From: Chrysochromulina tobinii
Lineage: Eukaryota
Direction: 5' to 3'
DNA: 38,725 nucleotides
Assembly: GCA_001275005.1 (NCBI GenBank)
Contig: JWZX01001689.1
Span: 1 to 38,725, forward strand
Below are positions 1 through 9,158 of the stretch, in pieces; positions within the stretch are counted from its first letter, which is position 1, and every line of letters starts with the position of its first letter. Below the pieces are notes generated by a model that had not been told where the DNA came from, searched no databases, and saw only the letters and a program-made list of their open reading frames with translations. A program made the translations under genes and the position numbers.

Positions 1-2
1 CA

Positions 3-152
3 GCCGCGCCCGCCGTGCCCGGCAACGGCCGGGCCGGCGGCGGGCGCATCACGCAGCCCCTCGAGCAGGCTGCGGGGGTGTATTTTGGAGGCTTCGGTCC
101 CATAAGGGAGGAGGCTGACATTTATGAGAGCGGCTTTGGTGGCGGCGAGGGA

Positions 153-203
<51 letters not shown>

Positions 204-1109
204 GGGCCGGTCGTGAGCGGCTTCACGCGTGAGCAGCAGCTCTCGCGCCTGCTCGACTGGGAGCGGGAACGCGCTCGGGAGCGTGATCGGGAACGTGAGC
301 GCGAGCGCGCGCGCGAGCGGGAGCGCGAGGAGATGCGCGTGCGCGAGCTTGAGCGCTGGGCGCAGCGCGAAAAGGAAGTGGAGCAGCGTGTGCGTGAGGA
401 AGAGGCGCAGCGGCGGCACATGTTCGAGAAGAATCTCGCCGACGAGATCTCGTCCCTTCGGGATGACTTCGCTGCACGGCAGCGCCAACTGCTTCAGCAA
501 GTCGAGCTCACCCTCGCGCGCGTGCGCGTGCAACAGCCGCCGCCGCCGCCGCCCAGAGCCTGGGCGAGCCCCAGCCTGGGCGGCGGGGGCGGCCGGGGCG
601 GTGGCGGCGTCGGCGGCTTGCCGCCAGTGAAGGCCAACAGCTGGACCGGCCCGCCAGGCGTGGCGCGGTTGCCGCTGTCGAGCCTGAGCGGTGCGGGCTA
701 CGCCCGAGAGGGCGCCCGTGACCCTCTTGACCTGTACCTCGACGGTGCGCTGCTGCAACTCGAGCCGAGCTTCGCGGGTGTGGGCGGCGAGGCTGCTGCG
801 GGCTTGGGGGCAAGCACTATGGTGCCGGCGGCCGCCTACGCCGAGGCTGCGAGGCTGCGGGACGAGGCGCGCCAACAGGCACTCCTTCAAAACGAAGAGG
901 TGCTCCGACGGCTCGCGTACCTCGAGGAGCAAGTGAGCAACGCCTCCGAGAAGCTCGAGAAGCCGAGCGCCGTCGCGAGCGCGCCCGGCGCCGAGCCGAC
1001 GGCGTTGCTCGAGTCGCCCGCGCCCGCCGCGGCCGCCGAGGACGACGAGTACTTCGATGCGTTACTCGACGAGTTCCTGAGCCGTGGCGCAGATCTGCGA
1101 GGTTCGTGA
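3..1109 (+). CDS. 3' part of a hypothetical low-complexity/coiled-coil protein (5' end outside window)
   Basis: Frame is open from the window edge to TGA at 1107-1109. GC3-rich codons; poly-Gly, RE/RD-rich coiled coil, poly-Pro and an acidic C-terminal helix. No family recognised. Confidence 0.6.
153..200 (+). repeat. (GGC)16 coding microsatellite (poly-Gly)
   Basis: Directly visible. Confidence 0.95.
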
Positions 1110-1252
1110 TCCGAGGCTCGACAGGGCGACGGCGCGCAGTTTGGACTCGCGACTGCACGACAGGCACGGGGCAGCGCGGCGCACTATCTGTAACTGTGGG
1201 ACTGTGCGTGTCGGGGAGATAGGAGATACAGTGTAGTTGCACCATTCCGTCA

Positions 1253-1313
1253 TTCACAGTCAATTGTTATAGGTCGACACCTAGGACACCGGTCCGGCGT
1301 ACGGCGTACATAC
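1253..1313 (+). repeat. Dispersed short element, copy 1 (homologous to 6761-6814)
   Basis: 31/40 ungapped identity to 6761-6800, plus a shared downstream GCGTACATAC. Confidence 0.7.
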
Positions 1314-1372
1314 ATTCACACCGAACTTACAACTTGAACTTCGCGGCGCGAGAGGCGAGACAGAGCGTGTCA

Positions 1373-4024
1373 ATGGAGAAGGTGAACGCCACTTTGGCCG
1401 TCCCCATCGGTCCAAGACTGTCGGAGTACCTCGAGTCAAAGGCCCAAGACTGGAAGGTGGAGGATATCCCCGACGACGTGCTCCGCCATCGCCTCGTGCT
1501 CTCCGTCGAGGATTTTTGCAGGGCCCACATTGCGGAGACGTTTTCCATAGTAGCGGAGGATGCGCTCATAGATCGGGTGCTCGCGGGAGACGACGTTCGC
1601 GAAGATTCGCTCGACGCTGTTCTCAATACGTTCGATGCTCGCGAGGTGGCGCTCGGTGCGCGGCTGACAAAGCTGCGCTCTGAGAGTGAGGCCGCGGCAT
1701 CGGCAGCGCTGCCGGCTCTCCGCGAGCGCGGCGTGCAGCTCCACAAGACGAACGACGAGCTCAACACGCTCGCCAAGGACATCGGCGCCGCGTCCAGGAG
1801 GGCGACGAGCTCGACGGCGGAGCTGCGCGACTTGTACGAGGCGCGCGAGAAGGTGCTCGAGGCGCGGCGCATGGTCGAAGAGCTGCTGAACCTCGAGGAG
1901 TGCGTCGCGTTCGTCGAGGTGGCGCTGAAGCGCGGCGACTACGCCGCGGCCGTGGGGCGCGTCGCGCCGCTCGCGCGCGCCATCGAGGAGACCGCCGACG
2001 AGCCAGGCGGCCCAAAAAAGGAAGGCGACCCAAAGAAGGAGAACAAGGAAGGCGAGCGCGCGGCCGAGGTGGTCAGGTCGCTGCGCCGGCGCGTGAGCGA
2101 CGAGCTGGCGCGCATGGCCGCAACGGATGCCGAGCCGGCGGCCGTGTGTGGCCTGGCGAAGCTCATGGGGCCCCTCGGGTGTGCGGATGAAGGCCACGCC
2201 GCACTGCTGAGCTACTGCATGCGGAAGCTCGATGCCGCCGCGGTGGAGACAGCGGAGGTCACGCCGCCGGGGCAGGCACAGGCGCAGGCAACGGCCGCCT
2301 CCTCCGCGCTGACGAGTGCGCCGGCGGCGCTCGGTCGTGTGCTCCAGCGCTGCGCGGCCTTGCTCGAGGCGTGCGACAGCGCGCTAGACGAGAGCATGGG
2401 TGGACGAGACGCACGATTGCTTCTCGCATCGTCGGTGCGCGCCAAGTGCGTCGCGCTCGGCAGCACTCTCGGTGCCCGGTACAACGCGGCGGCGTCGCTC
2501 AAGACACTCACCGACGATGCGAGCCGGCGGCTGCAGCAGGCCACGAGCACGGCCGCCGCCGCGGCCGCGAGCGGCACTGCCGTGGTCGAACCGAGTGACC
2601 CTGAGGGCGAGCGGGCGGCGCAGGCAGCTGAGCCGTTGGTCGAGGGGCTCGTCGCGATGCTACGCGGCGTGACCCAATGGGATGCGTACATGCGAGGTAA
2701 GACGGGCGGCGATGGGAACGGCGCGGGCGAGAGCCTGCGCCACGCGGCCCCCTTTGCCGAGATGGCGCGCGCCGCCATCACACTCAGTCATTTGCTCGCC
2801 GCCGTCGCCGCCGCGCGCGCGGTGCGCACATATGTGGCCAAGTCGGCGGCGAGCGAGGCGGAGGGTGCGTCCGGCGACCAGGACGGCGCGGCGGCCGCCG
2901 ATACGGCGGCGCTGAGCGAGCTGGTCGACTCGACGTTCTACGTGGCCCAGATGTCGCTGCGGCGCGCGTCACACACGTGCGACGCCGCCATTGCATGCGC
3001 GGCGGCCCGCAACGCGGCTGGGGTGCTCACGCAGACGCTGCTCGGCTATTTGCAGAGCCGGCTCGGCCACCTGCAGAGCCTCTCGTCGAAGCTCGCGGGC
3101 GCCGTCGATGTCATCTCGATGTCATCTCGATGCCATCTCGATGCCATCTCGAGCACCGCGCTCGGCTCGGTGCTTGAGATGACCTCCGGCGCCGTCTCGA
3201 GCGCAGCCGACGACGCCGCGGCGCTCGCGGGCTCTCTTGGCGGCGGTCGGCTCGCCGAAGCGGCGCTCGGCACGGCGCTCGTCAGCGTGTCCGCCGCGGG
3301 CGCCACCCGACAGCTCACGCTGCTGCGCACCCTCTCCGCGCTCACCACGTGCATCGCGTACACGCCGCGCCTCTGGGCGCAGGCCGCGGACGATTTCAGG
3401 CGCTCGCTGCCGCCAGCGGCGCTCGGCGCGGCGCAGGCCCAGCTCAACGAGGCGGCGGCGGTGCAGCAGGCCTTCGAGGCAGCGCGCGATGCGGGACTCG
3501 CCCAACTCTCCCGACCCATGCTCGGCCGGCTGCAGAAGCGCATCGACGTGTTTGGCAGCGCGAGCTACGTGCTGCAGAGCGATGCCTCGTTTGCCAAGGC
3601 CGAGGCGGATTCATTCGTCACTGGCCTCATCTCCGAGCTCGAGCTCCTACTGCGTCCACTCGCGCCCGCGCTCATCGAGGACGCGCGCGACGCACTGCTG
3701 CTGCAGCTCGTCGCGGCCCTCGCTGGGCGGCTCGAGACCTTGGTGCTCGCCAAGCGCTTCGATCAGCTGGGCGCTCTGCAGCTCGACCGCGAGCTGCGAG
3801 CGATCACGAAGCGGCTGGGCGAGCTGACGAGCCGCTCCGTGCGCGAGAAGCTCGCGCGGCTCACGCAGATGGCCACGCTGCTCAACCTCGAGACCGAGGC
3901 CGAGGCCGCCGAGTTGTGGGCTGAGCACGGATCCGGCTGGCGGGTGACCAAGGCGGAGGCCAAGAGCGTCCTCGCGCTGCGCGTCGACTTCCGCAAGGAG
4001 GTGATCAATAGTGGACGCTGGTGA
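1373..4024 (+). CDS. COG4: Conserved oligomeric Golgi complex subunit 4
   Basis: The C-terminus KRFDQLGALQLDRELR...VREKLARLTQMATLLNLE...WRVTKAEAKSVLALRVDF matches the COG4 C-terminal signature. N-terminal coiled coil. First in-frame ATG at 1373. Confidence 0.88.
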   Translation: MEKVNATLAVPIGPRLSEYLESKAQDWKVEDIPDDVLRHRLVLSVEDFCRAHIAETFSIVAEDALIDRVLAGDDVREDSLDAVLNTFDAREVALGARLTKLRSESEAAASAALPALRERGVQLHKTNDELNTLAKDIGAASRRATSSTAELRDLYEAREKVLEARRMVEELLNLEECVAFVEVALKRGDYAAAVGRVAPLARAIEETADEPGGPKKEGDPKKENKEGERAAEVVRSLRRRVSDELARMAATDAEPAAVCGLAKLMGPLGCADEGHAALLSYCMRKLDAAAVETAEVTPPGQAQAQATAASSALTSAPAALGRVLQRCAALLEACDSALDESMGGRDARLLLASSVRAKCVALGSTLGARYNAAASLKTLTDDASRRLQQATSTAAAAAASGTAVVEPSDPEGERAAQAAEPLVEGLVAMLRGVTQWDAYMRGKTGGDGNGAGESLRHAAPFAEMARAAITLSHLLAAVAAARAVRTYVAKSAASEAEGASGDQDGAAAADTAALSELVDSTFYVAQMSLRRASHTCDAAIACAAARNAAGVLTQTLLGYLQSRLGHLQSLSSKLAGAVDVISMSSRCHLDAISSTALGSVLEMTSGAVSSAADDAAALAGSLGGGRLAEAALGTALVSVSAAGATRQLTLLRTLSALTTCIAYTPRLWAQAADDFRRSLPPAALGAAQAQLNEAAAVQQAFEAARDAGLAQLSRPMLGRLQKRIDVFGSASYVLQSDASFAKAEADSFVTGLISELELLLRPLAPALIEDARDALLLQLVAALAGRLETLVLAKRFDQLGALQLDRELRAITKRLGELTSRSVREKLARLTQMATLLNLETEAEAAELWAEHGSGWRVTKAEAKSVLALRVDFRKEVINSGRW
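3107..3150 (+). repeat. 4 x 11-bp GATGYCATCTC tandem repeat inside COG4 CDS
   Basis: GATGTCATCTC x2 then GATGCCATCTC x2. Three extra copies = 33 nt, so the frame is preserved. Confidence 0.92.
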
Positions 4025-4410
4025 GAGGCGTGCTGCGGCTCGGGATGGTTTTGTTTTGGCGCGGGCGTGGAACCGGAAATACCACGCGAGGCGTAAGTAA
4101 GTATCTAAGGCGACGATGGCGATCGCGCGATTCCCCGATTGGCGGTCCCGTGAGAGTGACGGTAGTCTTCTTGGTGCGGAATCCAATCCCCTGCACTCTT
4201 TTCGGCGGATCAAGATTGAGAAGTGGATCTTTCATTAACGCCTCACCGCGGGAGGGCTGCAGGCTGGAGATACAATCTCTAGGATTCTCTCTCTATTCGG
4301 ACAGGAGCCCGCGCACTCTGCAACGTCACACTGCAGCGCATCGTTCCCTTCGTGCTTCCGGCACCAGCTTCCGGCACAAGCCTCGTGCCCGCATCGCTTT
4401 GCCAAGCTGC

Positions 4411-5601
4411 ATGAAGACTGCAGCCGAAGCTTACCACCTCTGCGCCGAGAGAGGCGCTTCGCTCTGCAAAGCTCCCTCATGGATCCTGGTGTTGCAGTCA
4501 ACCGTGAGCCCGCCCACTCTCGAATCCGCGCCTCTCACACGCGCTTGCCATGCATTTCTCTTTCGCTACCCGTTGAGACCGTGCGCGCCTTCGGCCAGCT
4601 CTGGGCACCGTGACCCCATATCTCAGCACTCATCCCTGCGTTTTCGTGTCTGGTGATCTCAGTTGGCTGGCTGCTATATCGGCATGGGTGGCCTTCTGTC
4701 GGTCACGGTCGCAGGCGGTGCAAACCAACTCGCAATCGACAACCCATCTCTTCGGAGCTTCATCATCGCGATTCTGTTCCCGATCAACCTCGTCATCATC
4801 ACCGTGACTGGCGGCCTGCTCTTCACGGGCGCCACATTTACCACCCCGGCGGCATGGCTCGAGGGCAAGGCGAATCTCGTGAACGTATTCCGAGTCATCG
4901 GACTTGCATGGTGCGGCAACATGATCGGAGGCATCCTCTTCGCGCTCCTCGTGCACTGGTGCGGCCTCCTGGTCGAAACGGGCCCCGGCACTGTCCCAGT
5001 CGCAACCGCCGCTGGAAAATTGTTCCTGAGCATCACGAAGAGAAAGATCAGCTTGGGCTGGAGCAAGGTTGTCGCCCGCGGCATCGGCTGCAACTGGCTC
5101 GTCTGCATGGCTGTCTACTTAGCATCGATGAGTGACGACTTTATTGGCAAGTTTCTCTCCGTCTACATGTGCATCTCGGCCTTCATCGCTTGCGGCTTCG
5201 AGCACTACCCAGCTAACGCCTTCACGTTCCCCTGCGGCGTCATCGTCGCGAAGGAAACTGGCGAATACGACACGTACGGAAACGCCGCGCTGTACGGCAC
5301 GGACAACGCGATGGAGTTCGACGTCATCTGGAACAATATTGTGCCGTCATCGATCGGTAACTGGCTCCCCGGCACGTTCATCATGGCGCTCGGCCTCTCC
5401 ACCATCTTTGGCAGCATGTTCAAGAAAGTCGACCGCTTCCTCAATCTCAACCATTGCTCAACCATTTTGCACCCAAAGAAGGCGGACACGGACCTAGAGA
5501 GCGACGCGAAGTCGAAGGTGGAGGTGGTCGAGTCGAAGGTGCCGAATGTTATCAGCTACGCGACTCCCACGCAAATCGTCGTGACTCCCATGCGTGGATG
5601 A
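4411..5601 (+). CDS. Formate/nitrite transporter (FNT, NAR1-like); exons 4411-4503 and 4663-5601
   Basis: Motifs LAGCYIGMGG, LFTG, GIGCNWLVCMAVY and GFEHYPAN, with several hydrophobic helices. A phase-0 GT(gagc)...(ctc)AG intron at 4504-4662 joins MKTAAEAY...LQST to LAGCYIG. Confidence 0.92.
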
Positions 5602-6641
5602 CCACTCGTCGCTGTCGATATCCCAGCAACAGTTCGGGACGACAGTGCGACAGCAGACCATCGCGACTGATCTGGATGGCGGATCTGGATGACGGATCGG
5701 TATTTCCAGCACAGACTCTCTTCCTCAGCTACCTTCTTCTGGGGCGGAATTGCGTGAAGCAAATCAAGGGTAGCGCATGATGGAGCGCCGAGAAACTCTT
5801 CTCCGGCGGTCCGGCGCTCTCCAGGACATGTCCGATCGGTGGAATTTAGATCCATTGGGGACGCGGCGGCTCCGGCAGGAAGGGGTTAGACTATCGGAGC
5901 GATACTCGGAGCGAGGTGAATGTGGAGGAGGAGCTGGAGAGGATGCGGGAAATCGGAGGTCAAAGCGTACCATTAGAAGGTACAGGTGACCTCTGATCAT
6001 GATGGTCGAGAAGACCGGGACCATGACCATGGCTGACACTTGGGTCTAACCCGTAATGCGAGTAATAGGGCGCATGGAAGGAATAAGAGCAACCATGCTG
6101 GCGCGACGCCCACGGCCCGGAGCCGCCCTGGGCGAGCCGCGAGTCCCCAAGTGCCAAGAGGCAAGAGCCCGATCGGCCCCGCCGGATGCGGCCGGGACAT
6201 GGGCCGGGGGACGGGACTCGGGAGGATGCTTGGGACGCGCGCGGGATACATATTGGATATGCGCAATACCCGCATTACAGGAATTCTCAGAAGAGCACGC
6301 TTTTTCTTCTTGACACTTGACCCTTAAAAGGCCCTGGACTCCAATGAATTCCGGACTCTCGAGATACGAGAACCCGAGAACGCTGATCGCGCCGTGACCG
6401 GGAACCTGACCGAACTGACCCGGAACGCAGTTTCGCAGACTTCACCACAAAGGCACAATAAGAAGTAATTCCTAGGTGGGGACGAATCAGGGTGGGGGAA
6501 GGGAAATACAAGGTGAGGGCTTCTGTCTTCTTTTCGAGCGTCAAACAGTACGAAGTGTCCATATATAGCATATTGGTTCCTTCACGCAACATAAGATTTA
6601 ATCATTGGACATTGCTCCGGCTCAGTTTCACAGCCAATGGT

Positions 6642-6814
6642 TTCAAGTCAAGTCAAGTCTGTTACAGAAACAACAGACAAGTTCATACGGAAGCCTATCG
6701 AATGTGCTCCGGAAGCCAGCAGGGGAGTTGACTTGACTTGACTTGACATGACATGACTGTTTAACAGCCAATGTTTATAACTCGACACCCGAGACACCGG
6801 ACATGCGTACATAC
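6642..6814. repeat. Inverted (CAAGT)n / (ACTTG)n microsatellite pair followed by dispersed element copy 2
   Basis: TCAAGTCAAGTCAAGTC at 6643-6659 and its reverse complement at 6730-6746, then TTAACAGCCAAT...GACACCGG...GCGTACATAC at 6761-6814. Confidence 0.8.
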
Positions 6815-6966
6815 GTGTGAGTGTGTGTGAATGTGAACTTCTAACACTCACGAGGGGGTCGCCCATGGACGCAATCGCACATAATATGTTGTCCTCAGTG
6901 TCGGCCTTCGCTTGTGGAGCAGCGCGCGCATCTACGACTCGACGAAGCACGTTGCGTACACCACAA

Positions 6967-8469
6967 ATGAGGCTGCGCGCTTGCTTGCTATTCATCCTGT
7001 CCGTGCAGAGCAGTGCAGAGGACTCAACGCAACAGCACTGCCCAGAACCTCTACCTTTTCAGCCTGCTCCTTCTGGCTACTCTCTGCAACATCCCTGGCG
7101 CCAACACGCTGCGGCAGTATCGCCCGCTCCCTCTGGTACTGACAGGATGGACAGGAACGATAGGAATGACAGGTCAATGTTCGGGAGTCTCATGAGCTTC
7201 GTTCAGGGATCAAGTGGACCGGCACGTCTTCACAATCCTGGTCGCATGTACTTGTCCTTGCTCAAGACAGTGCTCACTGGCGGCATCACAGCCAATCTTC
7301 CCGAGCCATGGCGAAATGCGGAGACCGGGCGGAGGCATAATGGTGGCTGCGACGTGGTGAAGGATACCACCTGTACTTTGTCGTGGGATGGATGGGCACG
7401 GCTAACGGCCTTGGAGCCCGTGGTTGAACAGATCCTTCACGAGCGTGTGGAAGGTGACTTTGCGGAGGTGGGAGTTCTCAAAGGCGGGATCACCATGTTT
7501 TTGCAGGGCATGCTGCTGGTGCACGCGCAAGAGACGGTTCGCAACATTTGGGTGGTGGACTCGTTCGAAGGGATGGGTTCCAAAGAGCAATTAGAGCGCG
7601 AGGCCAACGCTCTGAATCACGACGTACGAGCAAGGCCACGAGGCGCAGCCCAGCGTAGTGAAGTTGAGTTGTGGGCAGGCGGACTGAAGCTGACGGACAA
7701 CGACGGAGCCTCGGTGCGGGATCGTTTCTTAAGGCATGACCTACTAAGGCCAAACGTGAAGATTTTGCAAGGGAGGGTGAGCGACGTGTTGACCAAAAGT
7801 TGCCAGCCTATCCGCAAGCTCGCCCTGTTGCGCATCGATGTGGATGTTTATGCTGCAACCTATCACACCCTTGTTCAACTGTACCCGACTCTCTCACGTG
7901 GCGGCTTTGTACTCTTTGACGATGTGAAGCTCGCTTACGCGTGCAAGGCTATGGCCGACTTCCGCAAGCAGTTCAACGTCACGGCTCCAATCCGTGCGCT
8001 TTCGGGCACTGTGGACCGACAGGTGTATTGGAGGAAAGGGGAAGGGCTAGGTGCCGAGCAGTACCTTCACCAAGGCCTTCGACGCCTTGGAGACAGCACC
8101 ACGCGGTTTGTGTCGGATGACGCGATTTGCCAGCGGATCTCGCTGGAAAGGCTGGAGGAAAAGAAGAGGCAGAAAAAGTCCAGCCTTGATCGAATATCAA
8201 AGGCGCAGGCGGCGCAGGCGGCGCAGGCGGCAGCCAAGGGCCTCGCTGAGGCGCCGAAGCCCCCGAATGTGCCGCACCTACAGCAACAGACATTTGAACA
8301 GCGGCAACAGCAACCACCGCAACGGCAAGCCCACCCTGGGGACCCCATGGCGGAGGCGTTGGCGAGGAAGGCAGCGAGGGCGAAGGATAAGGAGAAGTTG
8401 GGTGCGTTGCGCATTCGGCGTCCGGAAGGTGGGGGACCAGCGACCGGTCCAGGACCGGTCGTGATCTGA
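6967..8469 (+). CDS. TylF/MycF/NovP-type (macrocin) O-methyltransferase with probable signal peptide
   Basis: Motifs VEGDFAEVGVLKGG, IWVVDSFEG, LALLRIDVDVY, LYPTLSRGGFVLFDD and VYWRK. MRLRACLLFILSVQSSA looks like a signal peptide (start choice inferred). Low-complexity tail. Confidence 0.88.
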   Translation: MRLRACLLFILSVQSSAEDSTQQHCPEPLPFQPAPSGYSLQHPWRQHAAAVSPAPSGTDRMDRNDRNDRSMFGSLMSFVQGSSGPARLHNPGRMYLSLLKTVLTGGITANLPEPWRNAETGRRHNGGCDVVKDTTCTLSWDGWARLTALEPVVEQILHERVEGDFAEVGVLKGGITMFLQGMLLVHAQETVRNIWVVDSFEGMGSKEQLEREANALNHDVRARPRGAAQRSEVELWAGGLKLTDNDGASVRDRFLRHDLLRPNVKILQGRVSDVLTKSCQPIRKLALLRIDVDVYAATYHTLVQLYPTLSRGGFVLFDDVKLAYACKAMADFRKQFNVTAPIRALSGTVDRQVYWRKGEGLGAEQYLHQGLRRLGDSTTRFVSDDAICQRISLERLEEKKRQKKSSLDRISKAQAAQAAQAAAKGLAEAPKPPNVPHLQQQTFEQRQQQPPQRQAHPGDPMAEALARKAARAKDKEKLGALRIRRPEGGGPATGPGPVVI

Positions 8470-8626
8470 ATGCGTCCGCGCGTATGTGGGTTGTGGGCGC
8501 CTGAGAGGCGGTGATGGCGGAGAGGCTCAGGCGCGCGGCGATGGCTCTGCACCGGTCTCACGGACTCTGTGTACATAAAACTCGCAGCTCTCAGGAACGA
8601 GGAAGCCTGTCGAAATTGTGCTCCGG

Positions 8627-8654
8627 CTTGACTTGAGTCTTGACTTGACTTGAC
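8627..8654 (+). repeat. Degenerate (CTTGA)n microsatellite
   Basis: cttgacttgagtcttgacttgacttgac is directly visible. Confidence 0.8.
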
Positions 8655-8974
8655 ACTAGTTACAAGAACACGGGGCACGCACACGGGATCCATACGGGAT
8701 CCACAGACCACACGGACCGGGACGCGGGAGTCACGGGACAAACCCGAAACCGGGACTATCTTCCGGTACCCGGAGGGTATAGACTATAGTCTGGCAAGGC
8801 GGACTCGCGGGACCGAGGGGAGGTGCGGAGCCTAGGAGCCGTCCTCTGAGACCGTGGTGTGCCCTGGTGGTGTGGTGAGCGCGGGCGGGGGGGGCGCGCC
8901 GAAACTGACTGACTGGCTCTTCGCGGGAAGCACCTCGATAAAAAAGGATAAAGGAGAAGCTAAGGAGTGGTGGC

Positions 8975-8998
8975 ACCCGGACTTGGCCAAGTCCGGGT
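8975..8998. other. Perfect 24-bp palindrome between 13-bp direct repeats
   Basis: ACCCGGACTTGG|CCAAGTCCGGGT; ACCTCGATAAAAA at 8932-8944 and 9046-9058. Confidence 0.85.
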
Positions 8999-9158
8999 TA
9001 CGGGGTTACGCACTTGTGCCGGATTGAGGTCCGAGTTGCGCACTGACCTCGATAAAAAGAGGTGCGCTAGACGACCGAAGTGAAACCACACTGTGGACGT
9101 GTTTCTGATCAGAACGGAAGAGGCAAACTTTTCACCCGCGCGGAAAAGAGGGACGCAA

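Noticed and set aside
1327..4213. Numerous long antisense and alternate-frame ORFs (also throughout the window)
   Set aside because: These are expected shadows of GC-rich coding sequence, with Arg/Ala/Pro-rich non-globular translations.
4021..4410. 5' extension of ORF 4021-4656
   Set aside because: Only 4411-4503 is FNT-like. The upstream part looks intergenic and the downstream part is the intron.
8995..9010. GGGTTACGGGGTTACG as telomeric repeat
   Set aside because: Only two imperfect units and not a TTAGGG-type tract.
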